From contig CM068762.1 in assembly GCA_035084275.1 (NCBI GenBank), forward strand, positions 6,820,001 to 6,884,000: a DNA stretch of 64,000 bases, given 5' to 3'. Of this stretch, positions 12,001 to 23,500 are shown one piece after another (position 1 is the first letter of the stretch; each line of letters opens with the position of its first letter). This stretch comes from Hydrolagus colliei. Its lineage: Eukaryota. Both the position numbers and the translations under genes were made by a program. Below the pieces are notes generated by a model, which was given only the letters and a program-made list of their open reading frames with translations, was not told the origin of the DNA and ran no database searches.

Positions 12001-14502
12001 TCATCGGAAACGCGTCCATCGATCATTGCTTTCACCCTCTTGTGCCAGGCGTAAAATATTCAATTGGAATTATCGCAAGAGCTGGCCCATATAATTCCTC
12101 CATAGCAAATGATGCAGACACGACATGTAAGTGTGAATACGGTCTAATACTAGAATTGCAAATGACAATCTCGTCGCTGAAGCATTAAGGGTTTAACAAC
12201 TAGTTGCGTAGAGAATTGGCTACAATGGATTAATAATAACTGACATGGTTGAATGTGGCTTTGGAAGATAATGCATTGTTTACTACAAAGCAGCAGATGG
12301 AGGGCGTACTTTGAGATACTCGTATGAGCTTCAATATGCACTTGTCTTTCGATGGAAAGCTCAATCAATTTGCAAACATCAGGACTCATTCTCACATTTC
12401 CATCTCCAATGATGTCAATTAATATGTTCACAACTTAGTGGAACTCGGATTTATTTGTATCTTTACAGACCCTTCAAAACCAACCAACCTTAAACTTCAA
12501 AATAATGGAACTCGTGACTCCTTGTATGTTTCCTGGATTGAAAGCGATGGACGGAGGGATGACTATGTTATCCGTCTTCTGGACTTTGGGTCGAGCACAA
12601 TGTTGAAAGAAGCTGTCATTCGAAATGAATCTATAACCCATTCCTTTCAACATTTGACAGCAGGGAAAAAATATACCGTTGCCATTTTTGCTAGAGCAGA
12701 TCTATACAATTCAACAGTCGCCACTGCTACAGATTTGACATGTATGTATCTTTCAGCTCGTTTTAGTTAATGTTTCTGCATTGATCCATTACAAGATTGT
12801 CGGAAATTTTATAACATCCCTCCAAAAAACCCGTTTTCCATGCTATATTACAATTGCTGATGGGAAACAGAAAATATCCAATTATTGATTGTTATGAAAG
12901 AAATCTTCCAAGAAAGTCAAAGCTGAGCAGTTTGGTGGATACCATGACAAATTGATTTCTTGTTTTCTGTTCTGGATAAATTATTGGAGCTATGTGCCAC
13001 TATCAGCAAGCAGGATCCCAAATTTACATGAAAGAATGTTTCTTTCATGGAATCTGATTGGATGAACAACTTTGCACAACTCTCTTTTTACTCTCTTTCT
13101 GCAGATCCTTCCACAGCAATGAATTTGTCAATTGACAATATGAGATCGCCGGATACCTTGTGTGTTTTCTGGAATAAAAGTAATGGAGAAAGGGATGATT
13201 ATATTATCAGTTGTGAAGAGTTTGAATCAACAATCGCGCTCCAAGAAACCGTCATTGGAAACGCGTCCATCGATCATTGCTTTCGCCCTCTTGTGCCAGG
13301 CGTAAAATATTCAATTGGAATTATCGCAAGAGCTGGCCCATATAATTCCTCCAAAGCATATGATACAGACACGACTTGTAAGTTCGAATACGGTCTAATA
13401 CTAGAAATAGAAATGATAATCTCATCGCTGAAGCATTGAAGGTTCAACAAGATTTACTAGGATGGTGCCAGGATTGAGGGACTTCAGCTATGAGGAGAGG
13501 CTAGATAGGCTAGGGTTATTCTCTCTGGAGCAGAGAAGATTGAGGGGAGACCTAATAGAGGTTTATAAGATCATGAGGGGTTTCGACAGGGCAAATAGAG
13601 AAAAACTATTTCCACTCGTGGGTGAATCTGTGACTCGTGGTCACAGATTTAAAATAGTTTCAAGGCGAAGTAGAGGGGAGCTGAGGAGAAATTTTTTCAC
13701 TCAGCGAGTTGTTCGAATCTGGAATGCATTGCCTGAAAAGGTGGTGGAGGCTGATTCGATAACAACTTTTAAAAGGGAATTAGATCTTTATTTAGGGAGA
13801 ACGGGTCTATTAGGCTATGGGGAGCGGGCAGGGCAGTGGGATTGAATCGCTCTTTTCAAAGAGCCGGCACAGACTAGATGGGCCGAATGGCCTCCTTTTG
13901 TGCCGTAAAATTCTATGATTCTATGATTCTATGATTCTATGAATCTAGTTGTGTAGATATCTGGCTACATTGGATTGATAATAACTGACATGGTTGAAAG
14001 TGGCTTTTGAAGATAATGCGTTGTTTAATACAAACCAGCAGATCAAGGGCATTCTTTGAGATTCTAGTATGAGCTTCAATATACACTTGTCTTTTAATCA
14101 ATATGAATCAATTTAGTGAATTTACAAAAATCAGGACTCATTCTTACATTTCCATCTCTAATGATTTCCTCAATTTGTTCTGAAGTATCAACTTTGTGGA
14201 ACTCACATATATGTGTTTCTTTATAGATCCTTCAGAACCACTCAACCTGACTCTTGGAGATGATAAAGATGGTGAATCCTTGAATGTATCCTGGATTGAA
14301 GGCAACGGACGGAGGGATGACTATGTTATCTGTCTTCTTGACTTGGGAACGAACACAACATTGGAAGAAGAAGTCATTGGAAATGAATCTACAAACCATT
14401 TGTTTCAACATTTGAAACCAAATAAGAAATATACCGTTGCAGTTTTTGCGAGAGCTGATGGGTATAATTCAACTGCGGCCATTTTGATGGTCTCAATATC
14501 AA
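1..14502 (+). CDS. 23 phase-1 fibronectin type III exons, alternating type A and type B
   Basis: A exons: <1-234, 1213-1485, 2464-2736, 3715-3987, 4966-5238, 6217-6489, 7468-7740, 8719-8991, 9970-10242, 11225-11497, 12469-12741, 14227-14502. B exons: 591-863, 1842-2114, 3093-3365, 4344-4616, 5595-5867, 6846-7118, 8097-8369, 9348-9620, 10599-10871, 11854-12126, 13105-13377. All complete exons are 273 nt (the last is 276). Acceptors tttacag/ctgcag, donors gtatgt/gtaagt. FN3 pattern P..P.NL...L.V.W...G..D.Y.I...L..G.KY. Confidence 0.93.
1..14502. repeat. Intragenic tandem array, 1251-bp unit (273 exon A + 356 intron + 273 exon B + 349 intron), about 11.5 units visible, continuing past the left edge
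   Basis: Exact 1251-bp periodicity from base 1 to about 11210, also seen in the ORF track offsets. Units differ by a few substitutions. A 4-bp insertion lies near 11214 and divergence rises towards 14502. Confidence 0.98.
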
Positions 14503-17500
14503 GTATGTATAAATTTTTAGCAAATTTTAATGAATATACCTGCTATTCCCCATAACAATGTTTTTTATTGTTGCAAAATTGCACAATTTTTGCATATCAT
14601 ATTCGATTTGGTTATCGGATACATTGAATTTATTGACCGATTCAAGGCAAAGCTTGTAGAAAATTAAAAATAGAACATTTTGGTTCAGAGTACGGTGAAG
14701 TGGAATTGTAGAATTCTATTATATATCAAATTTTAAAGCTGTGCACCAGTATTTGCAAGCACTTGTTTAGTTGCCTTTAATTGCAATCTGAAAGTTTGAT
14801 CGCATTTAATTACATGCTGAAAATTTCAATTGAATTCCAATTGAATTCAGTCATACCTAATGCTCATACAAATGCACTAATGTTATCGTGGCAAATCAGA
14901 AATCAATGGATCTAGGTTTGCGTGTCTCCTCTTGCCAGCCTTGGGATATCCTCTCAATGTGAAAGGTGCTGTACAAGTGTAATGTTGTATTTCGTTTTGT
15001 AATTGTTGGAGAGTGAGCACTTGCCAGGAAGTGTGCTTGTGTTCAGTAACTCGTTTCATAAAGCTGTGTTCACTCCACCTCACCAAGCCACTCAGGATCA
15101 TCGGTGTCTTGTTCGAGCCTCCCCCATATCCATGCTGTGACCCACTCTGCCTTCCCTCAACTCCACAACATTGCCTGTCTTCGCCACTGCCTCAACCCTC
15201 AGGGTGCTGAAACATTCATTCATGCCTTCATCACATCCAGACTTGACTATGCTTGACTATTGGCTTCCCATCATTCAGAGGATTCAATTGAAGGTCCTGA
15301 TCCTCACCTTTAAAGACCTCCATGGCCTTACCCCAACCTCGTTCTGTGACCTCCTAAACACCTGCCAACCTGTCCGTTCCCTCCACTCAGAGAGCTCTGG
15401 CCTGCTCCATATTCCCCGACCCACCCGCTCCACCATTGGCGGGCGTGCCTTCAGCCACTCTGCCCCGAAGCTTTAGAATTCCATCCCACAATCCCTTTAC
15501 CTCACCCTCTCCCTAGCTATCTTCATGTCTTGCCTCAAGAACCTCCTCTTCAACTGTTCCATCGGACACCCTGCACTCTCCCACCCCCCCGCCCCTCTTC
15601 CTTCCATTCACTCCAACCACCCCGATCCTAGTTCACGTCTGAAACACTGACGGTCCAGCACCATGGAACGTCTTCCACACATGAAAGGCACTAAACAAAT
15701 GTAATTTTGTTGTTGTTGTTGTTTGGTCAAAGGCAGTGTTGTCAGTCTATAGCTCAGTGGTTGGAGCACTCGCCTTACAAGCAAAAGACCCGGGTTCAAT
15801 TCTAGGCAGGTTAGGGCGAAACCCTTACTCCACACACCTAAAAATAATCCCTCAAAAAACAAACAATAATAAATTAGTTATTTAAATCAACTGTTTGTGG
15901 GACACTGCTGTCTGCAACTGGTTACTGCATTTTGCCCATACATATACTCAATTCACTTTACAGTATATTCTGTGAAGTACTTTGAAACATCTAGAAGTCA
16001 TGAAAAGCGCTATATCAAATGCAAGGATTATTATTATTATTATTGTTATTGAATACTGTATTAGTCCGGATATATTGGATGAAACAGTCATTCTAAAGGA
16101 TTTACAATAATTTAAAGTATTCCCAATCTGGTTATGTTGCTGTGGAAAGAATCCAGGCAGGGTTTTACTGACAAAACTAAAATAGAATACAGGTTATATT
16201 GAGTGCTCCGATATGCTGCCCCACGTAAAGGGTGATATAATATATTACTAATAATAATCAACAAATAACAACAAATTACATTTATAGAGCGCCTTTCACG
16301 TTGGGAGGACATACCAAGGCGCTGATTTGATATCCTTGCATTTGATATCGCACTTTTCATGACTTCTGGACATCTCATATATATAAATGCAAGTTGTTAT
16401 TGAAATAGCACCTTTCACGTTTTGGAGGCTGTCTCAAAGTGCTTGATACAAGCTGGGAGTGGAAATTGAATGGGATGGGGTGGGGAGGGGAAGGATGACC
16501 TGAAGTGCAGTACATGAGATCTTTAAATGGACCTCAATCTGGTACAAAGACATTGACTCTCTCAAAATCCTTGCATTTGAAGAGCATCCCATCTGGCCAT
16601 GTCACATTCACACATTTTGTCTTTGATATCGGAGGCTGCAAACACAGTGAGGTCTCAAAAGGCCTCCAAAGTGAATTTATTCACAGCTCTTCTCACACAG
16701 ATTAATTAATTAATAGGAGTACAATCTACAATGACAAAGATTTCTTGATTCGTAACTAAGGATCTGCAAACTGTTGAAACATTGTTTGATAAATTGATTA
16801 TATGCCTAAAATGAAGATCTGCCCTTCATTAAAGCTCAGAAGAACATGACAACTGGGTCTTCAGATTCATGGTTCTTAACATTGTGGATGAAGCTGAGTA
16901 ACCATCTGGAACTTTGCTATAAGAGAGGAATGAGAATGCTGTGTACAATTTGTGTAAATGCTTCAGTGTATTCAAGAGGAAACTTAATGCATGCATGGGG
17001 GAAATGGGAAAATAGGTTGTAGGAGGTTTAGAAACATACTAATAGGTCTTGATGACTATACTGATTCTACATAATTATCAACTTAATGGAAACATCAAGA
17101 TCAATTGTTCAATCAACTATTAATTCCTACTTGATTTTTGGTATTTCACAGTTGCAGTTCCCGAATCCAATCCCATTTACTTCGTCTTGGCTGGAGCAGT
17201 AGGACTCCCAGTGTTATTTGTTGGCTATCTGCTATTCAAAAGAAAATGTTTGAAAAGGTAAATCATTTTTGTTAGGTCTGGTAGGTCTTGAGGCAGTGAG
17301 GGAACAAGTTGAGGAAGCGAGAGAGGGAGAGACGAAGGGAGGGAGGTTTGGGTGGGTGAGTAAGGGTAGGGTAGGGTGGATGACCTCAAACAGGAATCCT
17401 GAGCAAAGAGAACGAGTGGGTCAGTAGGGTTTGAATATCTTAAAGCATTACAAAAACAAAGAAAATCTAGCCCTGGTTCAAATTTCTACCCATAACTCTA

Positions 17501-20500
17501 CATAAAGGCAAACAGTAGTCTGGAGTTTCTCCCTCCTTTTATCTTGCCATAAAATTGGTCATTCACTTCACAAGATCAATATGGAGGAGGAGGGTCCTTC
17601 AGCCCTTCTGGTCTCATACTTCCAGAACACCCACATTACTGTCTATGCACCACAGCAGCACAAGCTGTTTTTAAAATGCGTCCTGTGTCCTGGCCACAAT
17701 CATGTACCTATTACGATTCATAGAAAAAAAATTTAGTCACTTTTTTCGAATGTTCATTTCATTAAAACAAATAATCTTTTTCTTTCTTACTAAAGCAAAG
17801 ATAACATGGATGATGAACTGTCAGATCATCCAAGGTAAGTATAAACAACAATGATTTGCCAACAATATCATGCTCTTCATGTAGGATGAAAGGATGAATA
17901 TCTCAAAGCACTCCAGAGTCAAAGACATGAATTTAAGGTGCAAGGAGGAGGAATTTGTGAGAGTTCCATAGAGTGAAGGAATTGTATCTGAAGCCTTGAC
18001 AATTGACAATGTGATGAAGGGAGTGTGGAATGAGCAACAGACGAGTGGAAGGCATGTGTGGGAGACTTGGGCTGTAGAACAGCAACAACAACTTGAACTT
18101 ATATAGCGCCCTGCACACCGGGTGGCATCCTAGAGCACCAAGGCTTGGAACTCCAAAGTGTGCATTGGCAGAATTGCTTTAAATTGAAACAGCAGATATC
18201 ACATAGCTTGCCATTGCAAGCATTCCAAACTTCCCGCTGCTTGGGAGTCTTGTAGCTCAGTGGTTAGAGCACTTGCCTTGCAAGCAAGAGACCTGGGTTC
18301 AATTCCAGACACGGCAAAACCTTGGGCAAGTTTCCTTACTACAGACGCCTGATAATAATCTCTCAAAACCAAACAATAATAAATTGGTTATTTCAATCTG
18401 CAGCTGTTTGTGGGACAATGCTGTCTGCAATTGCCCATATATATATATATATATATATATATACAGTCAATTCACTTTACAGTACTGTGAAGTGCTTTGA
18501 GATATCTAGAAGACATGAAAAGTGCTATATCAAATGCAACGATTATTACTATTATTATTATTATTGTCCAGCCTGGATCACCAGTTTGGGTTCTTGTTTT
18601 GCAAGCCAGTTGAAAGCACTTTATATTATAATCCTCTGACATGCCTTTCTCTTTCCAGCAATGAGTACCCTCCAGTCCAGATAGCAGACTTTGAGTCACA
18701 TTACCATAGGAAATCATCTAACTCCAATGAGGGCTTTTTGGAAGAATTTGAGGTAAATTGTTAATTTCTTTCCAGGATTAGATTAGAGATGCGTTTCATG
18801 CATTAGGTTAGACAGCTCATGGGGAGAGAAACAGATGAGCAATTTGTTCTGTGCTGTAGCATTGTATGATTCTCAATCAGGTCTGAAGACAAGGGTAAAT
18901 CACTGAGTGTGTTTGATTCAGCAACAGATTGGCACAAATATATGGAAGTGACAATGGAATAAAATTTACATTCATGTATCCCTTTCCACATTGGGTTGGT
19001 GTACCAAAGTATTTCACACTGCTGGCTAGGGACCCAAGACAGGTGGAGGTGGGTGGCAGGGGTGGGAAAGGGCGCAGTGTTGAACTGCTGAATAAATAAG
19101 TGTGGTGATGGCGGGAGTGGGACGGAGGTGACCAAAGTGTGGTCAATTAAGTAAGTCTTGAGGCACATTTTGAATTTAGGTAGGTAGGGGTTGAGATGCA
19201 GATACCCAGAAATTCAGTTCCAACGATCAGGGGCAGAATGTCATGTGAAATCACACTGCACAACACATAGAGAACAATAGACACTTACAGAGTTAACATG
19301 ATACAATACAATTTACATTTATACAACACCTTTCATATCAGTAAGACTTCTCAAGGTGCTTGACATCGCTGGCTGGGGAACAAGATGTGTAGCTTGAGTA
19401 TTGACTCCAATTGTTCAACAAGGCACTGACATGGTGAGATCTTTTCACTTCTCTTCAGTTTCGCCCACACAACACATAGTTGAAAGCACTTTACAATATA
19501 ATCTGTGAAGTACTTTTAAACATCTCAATAATGTCTAAGGCGCAATATCAAATGCAAAGATTATTATTATTATTTACAGAAACTGAAAGACGTTGGAAAA
19601 GATCAGTCAAGCAATATGGGCCTAATGATGTATAACAAGGTTAAAAACCGATACAGCAACATATTACCATGTAAGTAAAACTGATTCATTTTGACAAGTA
19701 CCAGCAAAGACCACGAGGATACAATGTAAACTAAGGATAGTGTAGAGATGCACACTTGAATTTCTAACAAAGGAAATTTAGTCGAAATAAGAAGTGTGAC
19801 ATTGCTCGTGACATGCGGTGCTGAAGACTACAGTTCAAACTTGGTAGATTCTTAATATTGATTTTTGTAGCAAACCTAGAATCAGGCTCCATCGTTTATT
19901 AGCTGAATCATTTTACTGCGGCACAATTAAAATGCAACACAGTTTACATTTATGAAGCGCCTTTCATGTGGGACAATTTTTCAATGGACATTACACAGCT
20001 AGCTGGGCACCCAAGCCAGGGAAGGGGGCGAAGCTGGAAAGAATGGGGTGAGGGATGCAGGAAAAATGACCAAAAACAAAGTTAAAGTCTTGAGGCAGCC
20101 TTCTAAAGAGGGAAGTTGAGGGAGGGGGTAGGGGGGGGGGGGGGGGGAGTGGTGAGGCAGATGTACTCCACGTTCAGGTTCTAGAGAATGGGGCAGAATG
20201 TCTGAAATTTCACCCACTTAGTGGTTCTCTGTGGTTAGAGAACCCGCCTCATAAGTGAGAGGACCTGGGTCAGATTCCTGGCAGGATGAATCATTGGGCA
20301 AGTTTCCTTAATCCACACGCCTCTGTTTACCTAGCAGTAATTGGGAGCCTGGTTGTTAGTCAATTGGAGGATTGCTTTTCAGGGGCTATCAATAACAAAC
20401 AACAGCAAAATTACATTTATAGATATGTTAATGATCTTGGAAAACTCTGTTCTCCATTGCTCTTAAGAACATCCTGCAGCCTTTCTGTCGATCGTGCAAG

Positions 20501-23500
20501 TTACCCTAACACTTCTCCATTCCTCAAAGTATGGTATAGGTCAGTACCTCTCTATTCCTGACAACCTATTCGCTGGAGTCGGGCGACTATTCTTACCCTG
20601 TCTTCTCACACGGATCAGATGAAAAGTATTCTACTAATTCTAGTGATGGTCTCGTAGCAGTTTGGTGATCCGGACATCAGCGGCAGACTGGAGATCTCGG
20701 CTTCCACCTCAAGGTCCTTCCCCAACTGCTGTGTCTATCTTCCCTCATGAACTATGTTTTAGATGCTTAGCAGCATCCAGGACAGTCGCCAGACTCCTAT
20801 CCTGTGACTGGATATCTGCCTAGTATCTCAGACCACGTATCCTTAATGTATATTTACTTATCCTTAGAAGGATTAGCTTAGAAGGACCCAGAAATGGGAT
20901 GGAACAAGAGCCACAGAATGATTTGAATATGAGTTTGAGAATTTTTTATTTGCTGTGTTGGGGGAATGTGATGAAATGACAAGAAGGACATTTTTGTAAT
21001 GAATAATAACTGTTTCTATTTAATTTACAGATGACTGGTCAAGAGTCAAACTGTCTGGGACATCATTGGAGCCAGGCCTGGATTATATTAATGCAAGCTT
21101 AATTCCTGTGAGTTGCCTTTTGCATTGGAACATTTCCGAATGTTCCTACACATCAGAGTTAATTTTGCTATATTTCTAAACAGGTTATGAAAAGAACTGG
21201 CTTGCCAATTAAGAATTTTAATTGCACTCTTAATGGGCCGCTCTGCACAATCTTAAGGAAAGGTGGTAGTCTTAAATCTAGGAGCAATTTTGGCAACACG
21301 GAAGGAATGTACTGTGTTGATTGCTGAGTTTCGGAGAATCAGAGCAACCACTTGTCTTCCAATATATTACTTTTTGCTATTCTTGTCTCTGAGTCACAAA
21401 GCTATGGGTTTTTACTCCCCGAATCGGGACTTAGTCTTGTGGTCGAGGCTGACATTCCAGTGCAGAATTGGGGTCTGCTACATTAGCTGAAGTGGAGGAG
21501 ATGAAGTTCCATCTGCCTGTATAGATGGGCAGCAAAGATCTTCCTATTCCTCATTCAAAAAGAGATGGGAATCTCTTCTTGTATCCTGGCTAACAGTCCC
21601 TTGGATGTATTGATCATGACTATTCTTGATTACAAAAGCAGTCTCTACTCTTGAAAACAATGACCCTCAAAGTACTTTGAGACACTTGGACATAATAAGG
21701 GTGTTTTTCTGTCATACTTGTTTCAACGGAACAGCCGCATTCTCGAAGGTTCCAGTTTCGCGGTCATTTGCAGATTGCACGTGACCATGGTAAGATGCAG
21801 GTGTAATTTCATGTTTCTGAGGCTTATGGCTCTGCACTAAATTGCTTACATTTGATTCATGAATGTAGGGTTGCCATTCAGGACCTGACTATATTGCTAC
21901 ACAAGGACCACTGAAAAATACCATCAATGATTTCTGGCAAATGGTTTGGGAGTATAACGCCTGTTGCATTGTGATGTTGACAAATCTAATTGAAAATAAC
22001 AAGGTAGGTTCATTCAAAGTGTTGAATGGGAATTTGGGGCGAAGTTTAAAATAGATGCCATTTTACGGTGTTAGTGCATAACACATTGACATGTGTTGCA
22101 AAGGTTACATTTATTATTACTATTATTTTAATGCATTTGCAGGTCAAATGTGAACAATACTGGTCTGCTAACAGGACACGCATTCAATTTGGACAGGTAC
22201 ATGTCAGTGTACTAAAAGTGAAAAAGTTTAAGGAATGGACTTCCACTGAAATGATGATTTCTCATGTAAGTGCAAAATATGCTCATTTTTGTAAGCATAA
22301 ATTCAATTGGATTCAAGTCAAACATGTATTCACATTGCCAAGCGTGTATACACATTGTCTTTACAAATGCTCAGCATAATTTAAGCAACTTGATGACAAG
22401 TTAATGATGTAAACCTGACACAGTTCATGGCACGCTCACAAATGATTCATAAGGTTACGTGACAATTGAAGTCACAAAGACGTACGCTGCAGTGCTTTGC
22501 TGATGGTTCACAGCATTGTTGGTGGTGCTGTTCTTCAGATGAGGCATTGAACTGAGGTCCCATCTGAATGTTCAAAAATAGAATGATATTGATAATAATA
22601 ATAATTTTTATTATTATAGCTCTTTTCAAAAACTTCCCTAGGTAATGTCGACCATTTACTTCATAAAAGTTTGTGGGCCTTTGCTTGCATAAATTGGCTG
22701 CTACGTTAAGAAACCAAGTGCACAGGCACTACACTTAACAGTAATACCTTTGAGACGTCCTCATGACGACCTCCGTGAATACGCGTGATACAAAATGCAA
22801 GGGTATTATTATTTACCTCGCGAGTGACGCAAATCGGATGCTCGCCCAACAATCCCATGACATCAATTGACTGGACATCAATTGGAAACAGGAATACAGC
22901 AGAAATTCTTTACTTTTCAAACAACTTTGAACTGATGTATAGTAATTGTTTTAACCTAGGAGAACATTAGGAAATACTTTAAGGATGACCTCAAATCTTT
23001 TACTTGAGAAGGAGAAAAAGAGAGGGCAAAACTACTACTATTAGAGATTTGGCAAACTATGTATCCTAAGAAAGACATTTGAATGCATACCACAAACTTG
23101 CTAATTATTTTTCCCTATAGACTAACAATAAAGCAGCCAGGACAATTTGGCATTACCAGTATGTGGCCTGGCCTGACAATGGAGTTCCTGAATCAATCAA
23201 TTCACTGGTTGACTTCACAGAAATGGTTAAAATGGCGACAGAGAATGTGAGAAACTCGGGACCTGTGGTGGTTCATTGCAGGTCGGTTTGGTTGAAGAAA
23301 ATCCTTCAGCTCATCTGATCTTACCCCTCCTCAAACCACCATCTCCCATCCCAGCAACTTTGAGCTGTTTTCTAAATGTGTTCAGGGTCCTGGCATCAAC
23401 CACCTTTCCTGGCATCAACCACCTTTCCTGGCAATTTGTTCCAATCATTGATTGCTCTCTGGGTATAGAAATACTTCCTGTTGTCTATTCTGAAATTCTT

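Noticed and set aside
1-12200. Positive selection among array units
   Set aside because: In the inner units I counted about six amino-acid-changing and two silent exon variants, close to neutral expectation and too few to test.
15-12431. Repeated ORFs of 60-178 aa on both strands in the ORF track
   Set aside because: The plus-strand 178/131-aa ORFs are FN3 exons read through into introns. The others recur only because the DNA unit is repeated and show no recognisable protein features.
1-14502. CRISPR-like array or cluster of separate genes
   Set aside because: Units are 1251 bp with no unique spacers, carry splice sites rather than start/stop signals, and splice into one frame.
15744-15815. 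tRNA genes at SINE heads (also 18245, 46204, 60441, 62957)
   Set aside because: A and B boxes are present, but the anticodon region varies between copies, no acceptor stem is evident, and each continues into SINE body and tail.
20420-20880. Possible degenerate reverse transcriptase or viral fragment in an intron
   Set aside because: Only a faint resemblance (TLFSIAL...QPF, SIPQS...VSTSLF) with stops in the frames I read; cannot be supported without a translated search.
23390-23433. 19-bp tandem duplication (tggcatcaaccacctttcc x2)
   Set aside because: Local slippage inside an intronic repeat remnant with no sign of function.
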